DNA of 64,000 bases, taken from the NCBI GenBank assembly GCA_964035545.1, contig OZ037768.1, positions 11,378,741 through 11,442,740 on the forward strand. The letters run 5' to 3'. The translations under genes and the position numbers were made by a program. Under the pieces are notes generated by a model that did no database searches, had not been told where the DNA came from, and saw only the letters and a list, made by a program, of their open reading frames with translations. This document shows, piece by piece, positions 1 through 15,254 of the stretch. Every line of letters starts with the position of its first letter. Position 1 is the stretch's first letter. The stretch comes from Bugula neritina (lineage: Eukaryota > Animalia > Bryozoa).

Positions 1-776
1 AAACCTGATATGCAAGTATTTTAGAAATTGCAGAAAATACAGAAGATGTTTGGTGCAAAGAGCAGCCTAAAAACATTTCATGGATGAATGAAAAAGTTTC
101 TTGAAAATCAAATTGACCAAATCCCATTATTTTAAATGCTAAGCACTGAGATAACATAAACTAGCATTCTTGTAATAGTGACCATAATTACTCTGGCACT
201 CAATATGTAAGGATTTCCTTAGTGCTACCCTGATAGAACTTTTATTTATTATAGACACAACAGTTTCCTCAAACTAAAATGTAATAAAAAGTGACTAATG
301 TATATATTAATTCTGAAGTGGTTTATACTCTATTCAGAGTTGCTGGTGACTACACAAAGAAATTATCTATGACACTACAAAATGGCTATACAAATTACTA
401 AAATGTGAGTGCTACCTTGAACCCAATGATGGATGCAAGTAGACAACTCTTAAGTATTATCATTCCTTGAGGTTTAGGAATTATTAAATTAGTTATTGAA
501 TTTCAAAAAACCGAATAATCTACCCCTGATAGTTTTTATTCAAATTATTTTCATTTCAAGACTTGCCTGCTGCCTATTACTGCTGACTAATGTCATATTA
601 CAGGTCCTTAGGTTAAACCAGTCAGTCCTAGCACTAGACAATCCTCCATTTAACAACATATCAGTAGTAAAATATGCTCTGGGCAAACGCTAAGAGTGCT
701 ATATGCATAAAGTTCATCTATGAATGATAGTATATAACCAGTAGGTATGATGGCGATAGTGACAGAAGCTATGCGT

Positions 777-980
777 AATAGAGCATAGCATAACATAGCA
801 TAGCATATAATATAGCATAAGATAATAAAGCTTAGAATAATATAGCATAGCAATATAATGTAGCATAGCATTAAATTATATAACATAATATAGTATAACA
901 AAATATAGCAATAAAGCATAATATAATGAAACATAGTATAGCATAATGCATATACTAAATTAACATTGCATAGCTTAGCA
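777..980. repeat. Degenerate pentanucleotide microsatellite (ATAGC/ATAAT/ATAAC)n
   Basis: Visible 5-bp periodic array (atagc atagc ataac atagc atagc atata atata gcata...). It explains the low-complexity ORF 650..934. Confidence 0.85.
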
Positions 981-2969
981 TATTATTAAAATATAATGCA
1001 ACATGTGTAGTACTTACCGTGCTAGCTATCTTATATTTCATTGGTTGGTTTATAATCTTAAAATAGCTTTACGTTCACTTTTTAGACTCAGCAACAAGCA
1101 ACTCCATACCGGGATACCTTTGCGCAGTTGTGTGCAGCACCCACAATGTTTCTAGCAATCCAAGATGCCAAAAATATCATTTTAAATACATAAATACTTA
1201 TATATATTATTGGTATGCGCCAGTATTATGCTAAATACTTGGCAAATTGTTACTAGGTATATGTGATGCAACATTCTGCAAAAATAAATACTTACGCCTA
1301 ATTATCTTATCACTTGATTCCTTATCTGTTTGATGCAAGCAATAGTTTGGGTTAAGTTTTACCCTGAAAATAAAACCAAGTGCCATTGATGGATTGCCTG
1401 TCTGTAGATAAGAGTTACTCAAGTTCTCAATAATCTAGGCATATTCTATAGCCTTAAATATTCACAGTTCACCCTATGCTAATTATTAGACTGTGAGCTA
1501 CAAGAATGAACGTTTCTTTTGATGTATATTTTTGAGTGCACAATGTTAGTAGCTTTCTTTAATGAATGCTAATTTATATAAGACTCTCCTTTGATACATG
1601 AAACTGTTCTGTTTTATTACACACACCTTCAGCATATTATAAAGAAAATTCATACTTAAGCAGTTATGCATAGAAACCAAATTGGAGGAATGTTCTTGAT
1701 AATTATGGATATCATGTTTTCCTCCATTTAACTTCTGATAGGTATCGCATGCCAACCTCAATATAAATCTTATTCTGCTTTCTATTACTACTTACTATCA
1801 TAACTCCTAATTTACTATTTGCTTCAACTTTTTAAAATATAAAAATATTTTTTGCTTCCACCATAAATGTAAAGAGGAATTGACCAAAATAGTAAAGGTA
1901 AATTGTGCTAGGCAAGGATTTCATAGAGGCATTTACTAGACAAAAATTAAGAATAATATGCGGTTTCAAATTATTGGTTATGTAATAAATTAAGTTCAGA
2001 AAATTTTTTACAAAACTAAATGGAATTTGAAAAAATAACTGCTTCTTTTGCAATAATCAATGAAGTCAACCAAATACAACAAAGGCAATAAATGTTAGAT
2101 AAACATATATTTCAGAATTATATAGAATAATGAAAACAGACTGTAATATTTTTGTATAAAAAGTAGAATAAAATACAGATCACATTTAAAGCACCAACAC
2201 CGACTTATAGATATAAGAAGCATAGCAAGAATTAATAAAACTTCAGTTTAAAACTACTTGACTAGACTGCATACAGCTACCACATGTGTTAAATTGGATA
2301 TATAAAATGAATAAAGACCATATACGTTATACAAACAACTTAATTTAGCAAGGTTTCAAAAATTACCGAATGAAAGGTAATTTGAGCAAAAGAGATTTAG
2401 AAATTTAATGGAGATTCGAATACACAATGGAGCAAAATATAAAAAATTAAATGAACTACCAGAAACCAAGATTTTGCTATAGGTTTTCAGGAATAGCCAC
2501 AAAGATATTGAAATATGTAGCTAAGATGTTGGATATCCTATTTTGGTACACTCATCACACACTCATTTATATTGTGCCTATTATGTGCAATTGTTCAGTT
2601 TTTATGAACAACCTCACACTTGAAAACATGCAGATACAATTGTCAGCATCTTCTCTCACCATAAAAGGTTATGTCAATTGATTTTGGTCAAGATCTAAGA
2701 TTTCAGAGGAGCATACCCACAAAATGTACTTCCTGTCACTAAAATCATACTTACAAGACTTAGAATTCAGCCACAATACTCTCACAATGGTAATAACTAT
2801 GCTTTAGAAAATGAATGATAAAACAATGCATAGGAAGTTTGTCTGTAATGACATATTAGATAATATGGTAATATATGGTAACAGATAATACAGAAAATAC
2901 AGGGAATAGTAGGAGGTAGTACTTCTACACTAAAGACAAGCTTTTACAGAGTTGTAGAAGCAGCAGAGT

Positions 2970-7820
<4,851 letters not shown>

Positions 7821-8879
7821 TGTAATATGTAAACCTGGTACACTGTAACAGAAATGAATGGCTCAGCACACAAACCATGTGATTGCTTTACAAAAATTTG
7901 TTTCTATAAATTTCAGATGAAATCAAGCCTGGCCTAACACTGTTGAACTAATTTTTCCACATATTATTTGTTGAATGATATCAAGTACAAAGAAAACTGT
8001 AAAACATTACAAAACAATGAAGTAGAGCAGAATAAAAAATCGCTACAGCGTAAACTTTGTGGTATCAAATATTGGAAACAAGATATTTTATTAGCATTGA
8101 TTTTAAACCTAAATAGTAGTAATCTTGTTAGGATATTAGCATTGATTATTGAGCCCTAATTGAGTTGGTATAAACAGGAACATAAATTTAGCTAGATACT
8201 GAAATAAAAGCAAACATTATTATAGCCAGAATAGAAAGAACAGTGCTGCCACTATCAAAGATTGAAAGTAGCCATCTGCAGTATCAACGTTACTGAGCAC
8301 CACATATAATACAAAATACTTTCATTAATGTATCAATTACAAAGTTGCCATAACTTGCATTAATCAAGCCAAAATAAAAGTAGTAACATAACTCGGTAAA
8401 GCCCAATGATAGCATTTCAAATATAAATCACTGAGTGCATGCTATATTAACATTAATACTGGTAGTGATTTATCTTAATGCTACAAATGTAATGATATGG
8501 AAAAGAGACTAATGTAAGCATATTTTGCATCATTTAATCTTTAACAATATATCGTGCGCTAACATAGAAGATGGAACAGCCCAGTGTGAACTATAAGATT
8601 TTTCAGCTAGCTACATTTAAGAGGTTCACCAGCAATCTTGTACCTTAAAATATTAATGTTCGATTTTTAAAATTTACAGTAAGTTTGACTTAGTAGTCTT
8701 ATCTTTGTAGTGTGGTGTATTTTGTCTTGAAAATGGTTAAATCGTAGCCTGAAATATATTTATAAGGACAAGATCAGAGAAAAATTCTATTGCACAGGAT
8801 ACTTTACGATTCCTTTCTAACATCCCAATTCAATAGACTAAAAAAGCAAAGACCCTATGGCCTATGGTATATTAGAAGC

Positions 8880-9104
8880 TAACAGTAACTGCTAAGATTA
8901 GCATTAACTATCTTAAGGAGCAACCAATTGTAACAGTAACTGTAATGTCTTACAGTTACTCTTAGCAGTACATTTAGTTTTACCATTACTCATTAGTATA
9001 AATTTAGTATTTAAATTATGATAAGAAATGAATTTACTTTTAGTAAAATCAAAACGAAAATGTTGCAGTAGCACCAATGGCAATAGTATGACTATTACTA
9101 TTAG
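8880..9104. repeat. Drifting 6-bp-periodic low-complexity tract (left part of the Rap1 intron-1 tract, split by the LTR element)
   Basis: e.g. ttgtaa cagtaa ctgtaa; gtaaaa tcaaaa cgaaaa; tgacta ttacta ttag. The pattern resumes after the element at 13605. Confidence 0.6.
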
Positions 9105-9336
9105 TGTTCGGTGTTCATGTAAACATTTATTTCTAATTTGTTATTTTATTATTTTACTATTTTTTGTCATAATCTTAATAATTAATTGTATCACTTATTG
9201 TAATAGTTTTAGTATTTTCGTGTATATATTTTGTGGTAATAAATCACGGCTTCGGCCTCTTACGTTTATCAACTAACTCGAGCACGTTCTGTCTTTTCAC
9301 GATAGCTGAAATAATATCACAAATCAACATAAAACA
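9105..9336 (+). repeat. 5' LTR
   Basis: tgttcggtgttcatg...caacataaaaca; contains AATAAA at ~9238; direct repeat of 13373-13604. Confidence 0.97.
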
Positions 9337-9349
9337 TGGTGCCCCGAGT
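9337..9349 (+). other. Primer-binding site, probably for elongator tRNA-Met
   Basis: TGG immediately after the LTR. TGGTGCCCCG is complementary to a tRNA end ...CGGGGCA-CCA, which from memory is the metazoan elongator tRNA-Met 3' end. The tRNA identity is inferred. Confidence 0.7.
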
Positions 9350-9380
9350 CTAATTATTATTAATATTACACTGAAATAAC

Positions 9381-12300
9381 ATGGAGCAATTACTAGCGCC
9401 AAAACCATTAGCAGATGGACCGAATTTACCTGAGGAATGGAAGATTTTTAAACGTGACTTCGAACTTTTTTTAACTGCCACATCGAAAGATACAGCCGAA
9501 GGCAAAGTGAAAACTGCATACCTACTTAGAACTATCGGTCGCCGAGGCAACCAAATATACGACTCTTTCAACTGGACTGACAACAATGACAAAACTGACT
9601 ATGACAAAGTTGTGACGCAGTTTGATGACTACTGCAAACCAAGAATAAACTTAGTGGCTAAGACTCACTCACTACTGACTTGTAAGCAAGGAAATAGAAC
9701 TATTGACGAATTTTTGACTGAACTACATACCATTGCAGGACTATGTGACTTAAAAAACATGTACAACCGACTGATACTACAAGCACTGATACTGGGAATT
9801 GAAAGTGACAAGATTAGAAAGAAACTGTTTGACTTGACTGACTTTGACAAAGCAATTGAACTCTGCAGACGAGAAGAAGCATCGACTATTGACTACAAGA
9901 CTATGACTAAGGATAACACATATGGACTCGAACAAGTGAACTTGGTAAAACATAGACCTCCGACTCATCAATATCACTCTAATGACACTCGTAACACTGA
10001 TAAACACAGAGGACAACTTTCACACACTCACTCTCAGCCCAACGTCAGAAAATCAGTTGGTGCTTCTAGGTGTGGAAACTGTGGAGGCAATCACCCACCT
10101 CGAGCATGCCCAGCATATGGGAAACAGTGCAATCATTGCAAGAAATTTAACCACTTTGCTACATACTGCAGGTCACGCATGCATCATTATCGCGACTCAA
10201 CCGAAACAGCCAATCAAGTCACCTGGAATTACTCTTCAGACAGTGACTCTCAACATGTAAGTACTATCTCCACTACTGTACGAGATCGTAAATTATTAGC
10301 GATGCTCACTGCTAAGCAAGCAGATACTATTTATGACATTGAATTCCAACTTGACACTGGTGCATCATGCAATACTTTGAATACGATCGACTACGACAAG
10401 CTAGGTAGACCGAAACTTACACCGACTGATACTGTACTAACTTTATATGACCAGAGCAAGTGTGCACCACTAGGGTGGACACGGATACAGATACTAAACA
10501 AGCAAGGATGTTACACTACATTAAAATTCCTAGTTGTGGAAACCACCCAACATAGCTTGCTGTCATGGAAATCATGTTTGCACCTGGATTTATTACAAAT
10601 GCCCAGCACCAAAAGCGAGAATGTAAACTTTGCCACTACTGACCCAGACCTTCAGACTTTACTGACTAACTTTGATGACATATTTACCGGACTTGGAAAG
10701 TTTGAACAGGAATATAGGATAGAGCTAAGACCTGAAGCTGTACCAGTGCAAGTCCGACCGCGGAAGGTGCCCTTGTCGATGAAATCAGATCTCATCAAGA
10801 CTATTCTTGAACTAGAACAACGTCAAATTATCGCTAAGGTAGAAGCACCTACAGACTGGATAAGCCATCTACAACCAGTGCGCAAGCCTAATGGAAAGAT
10901 ACGCATCTGCATAGATCCGCAAAATCTCAATCAAGCAATTAAACGAAACCACGCTGTCATGCCAACATTGGAAGATGTTTTGCCACAACTCAACGGTGCC
11001 AAGTTTTTCTCCTTGTGTGACGCCAAAGAAGGTTTCTATCAAATTCCCCTAGCTGAGGAATCTACAGACTTGACAACTTTCTGGACTCCCATAGGAAAGT
11101 ACAAGTACCTAAGGCTACCCTTTGGAATTGCATCAGCGCCGGAGGAGTTTCAGAGAAGGCTCACGGAAAATCTTGCTGGTCTTGATGGCATCACCATAGT
11201 TGCAGATGACATCCTAATTTTTGGAAGCACAAGGAAAGAGCATGATAGAAACCTTGAAGCGCTCTTCAAACGTGCTCGACAGACAGGACTGAGACTGAAC
11301 AAGGAAAAATCCCGCTTCCTTCAGGACGAACTACCTTACATTGGACACATACTGACAACTAATGGACTTAAACCAGATCCTAACAAAGTAAAAGCCATTC
11401 TTAAGATGAAACCTCCCTCATCTCCACAGGGAGTAAAACGATTCCTTGGTCACATCACATACATGTCAAAATTTATTAGCAACCTAGCATCGGAATCTGA
11501 ACCATTACGACGTTTACTGACACAAGACAATGCTCAAGACTTTCACTGGACTGACGACCAAATGAACGCTTTTAATAGACTGAAGACCTTACTAACTGAC
11601 TCAGAAACTCTACAATACTTTGACTGCAACAAGCCAGTAACTATACAAACTGACGCTTCAAATGCTGGTGTGGGTGCAACACTCATGCAAGGAGGCAAGC
11701 CTGTAGCATATGCATCTCGCAGTTTAACAAAATCGGAACAGAACTATGTGCCACTAGAGCTTGAGTGCCTTGCCATAGTGTTTGGCACTGAACGCTTTGA
11801 CCAGTATATCTTTGGTCACCATGCTGTCACTATCCAAACTGACCACAAACCCCTTGTATCTATTTTCAGGAAATCCATTCATAAGGCATCTCGGAGGTTG
11901 CAGGCTATGCTTCTTCACTTACAAAGATACCCCAACATTAAGGTAACTTGGCAAAAGGGTGCTGAACAGATCACGGCTGACTTACTCTCAAGAGACTCAT
12001 ACTTTGACTCCCCCAACTATCAACAACTACCAGAACACATTTTTCACATTGACTCTCAAAATAATGATGCTCCTGTTTGTGACGACTTAATTGACAACAT
12101 TAGGACTGCTACTGCACAGGACAATGAACTTATGACACTGACAAACCTTATTAAACATGACTGGAACATTGCCAACTGCACAACTCACGACAAGTACAAA
12201 CACTTTCAGGACGAACTATCTATTGACAATGGCATTGTTTACAAAGGACTACGAGCCATTATTCCAAAGACACTCCAGAGAAAGTTTCTCCAACTACTTC

Positions 12301-13331
12301 ACACCGGCCATAATGGGATTAACTCCACACTAAGACGTGCCCGCCACACAGTGTTTTGGCTTGGCATCACCAATGACATCAAAAACAATATTGCTAACTG
12401 TCGACAATGTCAACTGGATGCTCCCCGGCAACAGAAGGAAACACTTTTACTCCACACAGTTCCCCAACAACCCTGGACCAAAGTAGGAATTGACTTGTTT
12501 GAATACAATCACACTCACTACATTACTATTGTTGACTATACGACTGACTACCTTGAATATGACCGACTGGACAACCAAACAGCAGAGGCTGTTATCAACT
12601 CCATAAAGCGCTGTTTTGGACGCCTGGGAATACCCAGACAGGTTCACACTGACAACGGACCACAGTTTACCTCGCACCAGTTTTCCACTTTCAGCCAATC
12701 ATGGAATTTCACACACACCACCAGCTCTCCATATCATCCTCAGTCCAATGGGAAGGCAGAGTCTGCTGTGAAGATAGCCAAACGTATACTCCGCAGATGT
12801 GAAGAGCCCGAACTTGCGTTACTGGAACATCTCAACACCACCAAAGAAGGCCTGACGGCCAGCCCAATTCAGCAACTTATCGGAAGACCCACCAGGTCAG
12901 TACTCCCACAAGTTCAGCCAGAAACAGAGAACAACCAAGGTTGGTGGGAAAAGCAGGGCCGCAATGAAAAACTGCAGCAGAGATGCAATGACGGTGCAAG
13001 AGATTTGGCAGTGCTGAAAGAAGGGCAACCAGTTTTGGTTCGAGACTGGAGTCAGCACCGGAGAAAATGGCAGGAGGCGCAAATTAACAAACAATTGAGT
13101 AGCAGAGCCTATGCCATACAACTTAACAACAACCTCTTTCGGAGAAACCGGCGAGACATCAGACCACTCGTCACGGAGCCAGCGAGTCCTGAGACACCAA
13201 AGGATCCTAAACAAAACGCTAGTAGTACCCAGGTTGACACCACCGAGAGCGCCAATCATAGCGACAATCTAAGACGTTCAACCAGAGAACGGAAGCCACC
13301 TAGTTGGATGGCAGACTATGTGCCCTCTTAA
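9381..13331 (+). CDS. Gag-Pol polyprotein (1316 aa)
   Basis: Tandem Zn knuckles CGNCGGNH...C and CNHCKKFNHFATYC; protease LDTGAS; RT LPFGI...VADDIL; RNase H TDAS/ELECLA/TDHKPL; integrase H-H-C-C plus GIDLF...TDNGPQF...NGKAE (DDE). No stops or frameshifts. Confidence 0.97.
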   Translation: MEQLLAPKPLADGPNLPEEWKIFKRDFELFLTATSKDTAEGKVKTAYLLRTIGRRGNQIYDSFNWTDNNDKTDYDKVVTQFDDYCKPRINLVAKTHSLLTCKQGNRTIDEFLTELHTIAGLCDLKNMYNRLILQALILGIESDKIRKKLFDLTDFDKAIELCRREEASTIDYKTMTKDNTYGLEQVNLVKHRPPTHQYHSNDTRNTDKHRGQLSHTHSQPNVRKSVGASRCGNCGGNHPPRACPAYGKQCNHCKKFNHFATYCRSRMHHYRDSTETANQVTWNYSSDSDSQHVSTISTTVRDRKLLAMLTAKQADTIYDIEFQLDTGASCNTLNTIDYDKLGRPKLTPTDTVLTLYDQSKCAPLGWTRIQILNKQGCYTTLKFLVVETTQHSLLSWKSCLHLDLLQMPSTKSENVNFATTDPDLQTLLTNFDDIFTGLGKFEQEYRIELRPEAVPVQVRPRKVPLSMKSDLIKTILELEQRQIIAKVEAPTDWISHLQPVRKPNGKIRICIDPQNLNQAIKRNHAVMPTLEDVLPQLNGAKFFSLCDAKEGFYQIPLAEESTDLTTFWTPIGKYKYLRLPFGIASAPEEFQRRLTENLAGLDGITIVADDILIFGSTRKEHDRNLEALFKRARQTGLRLNKEKSRFLQDELPYIGHILTTNGLKPDPNKVKAILKMKPPSSPQGVKRFLGHITYMSKFISNLASESEPLRRLLTQDNAQDFHWTDDQMNAFNRLKTLLTDSETLQYFDCNKPVTIQTDASNAGVGATLMQGGKPVAYASRSLTKSEQNYVPLELECLAIVFGTERFDQYIFGHHAVTIQTDHKPLVSIFRKSIHKASRRLQAMLLHLQRYPNIKVTWQKGAEQITADLLSRDSYFDSPNYQQLPEHIFHIDSQNNDAPVCDDLIDNIRTATAQDNELMTLTNLIKHDWNIANCTTHDKYKHFQDELSIDNGIVYKGLRAIIPKTLQRKFLQLLHTGHNGINSTLRRARHTVFWLGITNDIKNNIANCRQCQLDAPRQQKETLLLHTVPQQPWTKVGIDLFEYNHTHYITIVDYTTDYLEYDRLDNQTAEAVINSIKRCFGRLGIPRQVHTDNGPQFTSHQFSTFSQSWNFTHTTSSPYHPQSNGKAESAVKIAKRILRRCEEPELALLEHLNTTKEGLTASPIQQLIGRPTRSVLPQVQPETENNQGWWEKQGRNEKLQQRCNDGARDLAVLKEGQPVLVRDWSQHRRKWQEAQINKQLSSRAYAIQLNNNLFRRNRRDIRPLVTEPASPETPKDPKQNASSTQVDTTESANHSDNLRRSTRERKPPSWMADYVPS

Positions 13332-13372
13332 AACAATCATATCTAAATAGCTTTTTTCTATTCTGTGGGAGA

Positions 13373-13604
13373 TGTTCGGTGTTCATGTAAACATTTATTT
13401 CTAATTTGTTATTTTATTATTTTACTATTTTTTGTCATAATCTTAATAATTAATTGTATCACTTATTGTAATAGTTTTAGTATTTTCGTGTATATATTTT
13501 GTGGTAATAAATCACGGCTTCGGCCTCTTACGTTTATCAACTAACTCGAGCACGTTCTGTCTTTTCACGATAGCTGAAATAATATCACAAATCAACATAA
13601 AACA
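13373..13604 (+). repeat. 3' LTR
   Basis: Identical by eye to 9105-9336; followed by TSD ATTAG. Confidence 0.97.
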
Positions 13605-13609
13605 ATTAG

Positions 13610-14130
13610 TATTAGTAATTTGCTGACGAATTCTAAATCTAATAAATTTTAAATGAATTTCAAATAGTAAAAATTGCAATATCAATATGAATACTTTTAC
13701 TACAAGTACATAGAAACTTTTTGCCTTTTGGTAAAAACATTAAATTTGAAATTACATTTAGTGATTTACTAAATGCAATTGTGATGGCCCGTAGCCATTG
13801 CTTTTTAGACGTGGCTACGGGATGAGGATGAGGAGCAACTGCAATTTACTTTCACTTTCAGTTAAACTTTAACTTGTGATCACATTCATTTTTTATTTTA
13901 TCAGGAAGTATCATACTGATAGTGATAGTGGTACTCATACTCATTGAGTCATAGTCATAGCAATACCAATACTGATGCTGACTCAGGCTCAGTTTCAGTT
14001 CAGTTTGAGGCTCATTGCAATATTAAGCCTAATAATCAAATGCTATAAAATTTGGTTGTTATAATTATTTATTTATCCACTTGGTGAATATTAATATTAC
14101 TATTATTTTAATAATAAAATAATAAGTAAT
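13610..14130. repeat. Drifting 6-bp-periodic tract (Rap1 intron 1, promoter-proximal part)
   Basis: ttcact ttcagt taaact ttaact; atactg atagtg atagtg gtactc atactc; atagtc atagca atacca atactg atgctg. Confidence 0.7.
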
Positions 14131-14202
14131 TTAAAACCAACAGCCCAGGCAACCGCCAATACGAGGAAACGGAAACTAACGAATCTGCTGAGCAAGCGCA
14201 AT

Positions 14203-14340
14203 ACTTACGCGGCCGCCCTTCTGAAGGGTGACTGCGTTTGTATTGTAGAATAATTTTGATCTTATTTGATTGTCATCGGTATGCTATGAATTTAGCAATC
14301 GGTTCGACAACATGATAATAACCATGGCTTGAGTCGTTTT
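14203..14340 (-). promoter_or_regulatory. Probable non-coding first exon / promoter region of Rap1
   Basis: The Rap1 ATG exon is preceded by an acceptor (ttctgttacag, 7843-7844). A consensus donor GC|GTAAGT lies at 14208-14203 in a locally CpG-rich patch that includes GCGGCCGC at 14209-14216. Upstream boundary uncertain. Confidence 0.55.
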
Positions 14341-15254
14341 GACAAAGATTAGCCAGACCAGAAAGCGAATAACATGAAAATGATGATTATATGCTTTGTG
14401 CTCCAAGATTACGCAACAGGGTTTAATAGGAGTGGACAACTTCTTTACTTTGTTGTGATCAATGAAGAGCCAGCTTTTCTGATTCATGTGGGCCATCATT
14501 CCAAAGTGAACAATCTCAAAACTTTGACTAATAAATTGATTACAAGGCACTATCACGATTGCAAGCATGGCTCAAGGCACTACTTCTTGCCGTGCTGCAT
14601 TTGATGCAATGGGCATTGGTGTGTGTGTGTGAAGTAAAAGCTATAGCCTTATAAAACTGGCGTATGCTAGAAGCCATCAGGAAAATCATAGGACCTTGTA
14701 TTTACATATGGCAGTAAGCAACAAAATGTTGTGGCTTGCTGTTCCTATTTTGAAGTTGCATTGTTCAATATCAGTATGTGAATAAGAATAAGTATATGTG
14801 GTTTTCCTGACTATAATTATACATTGAAGTTTATGAAATTAGGAAAATATTTTTTATTTATCAGACTTCATAAAACAGCCCATAAGCAGTTTAATGGTAA
14901 GACAAGAAAATTTGGGAATGACAAAAAATTTTTTGCTCAATTTGAGATATGAACTACAAAATACCTGATACAGGATAGATTAAAAGATATCCTAATTTTA
15001 GTATAATCTTTATACTTTTTTTTTAAAAAAGTGGAGCTTTTGCGATGTATGCAACGAAAATGTACTTTGAAATTGAAAATTGAAAAATTAAAAATTATAA
15101 AATCTTAAAAATACTATGTTTCAATTCAAAACACAATAAATAAAAATCATTTGGAAAAAACGATCATACATTCATGTTATTCTACGAATATAATAAATAA
15201 GCTATATGAATGGCACAGCTTCTGGTGCAAAAGCCATTTTAGTTAGTGACATCA

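Larger units (their letters stand above)
9105..13604 (+). mobile_element. Full-length Ty3/Gypsy LTR retrotransposon (Mag-like), 4500 bp
   Basis: Two 232-bp TG...CA LTRs (9105-9336, 13373-13604) with no difference found by eye. 5-bp TSD ATTAG at 9100-9104 and 13605-13609. PBS TGGTGCCCCGAGT at 9337. Short purine tract GTGGGAGA before the 3' LTR. Single gag-pol ORF in PR-RT-RH-INT order. Confidence 0.98.

Noticed and set aside
650-934. 94-aa hydrophobic ORF on the minus strand
   Set aside because: It is the translation of the pentanucleotide microsatellite.
1011-1041. Possible minus-strand start exon MKYKIAST with a GTAAGT donor
   Set aside because: No downstream exon within 1-1010 continues the frame and there is no recognisable homology; cannot be supported.
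9350-13259. Short antisense and alternate-frame ORFs inside the retrotransposon
   Set aside because: Shadows of the long gag-pol frame with no independent motifs.
14284-14604. Overlapping 94-aa and 76-aa ORFs between Rap1 and ACAA1
   Set aside because: No recognisable domain or consistent splice structure; the region looks like promoter/intergenic DNA.
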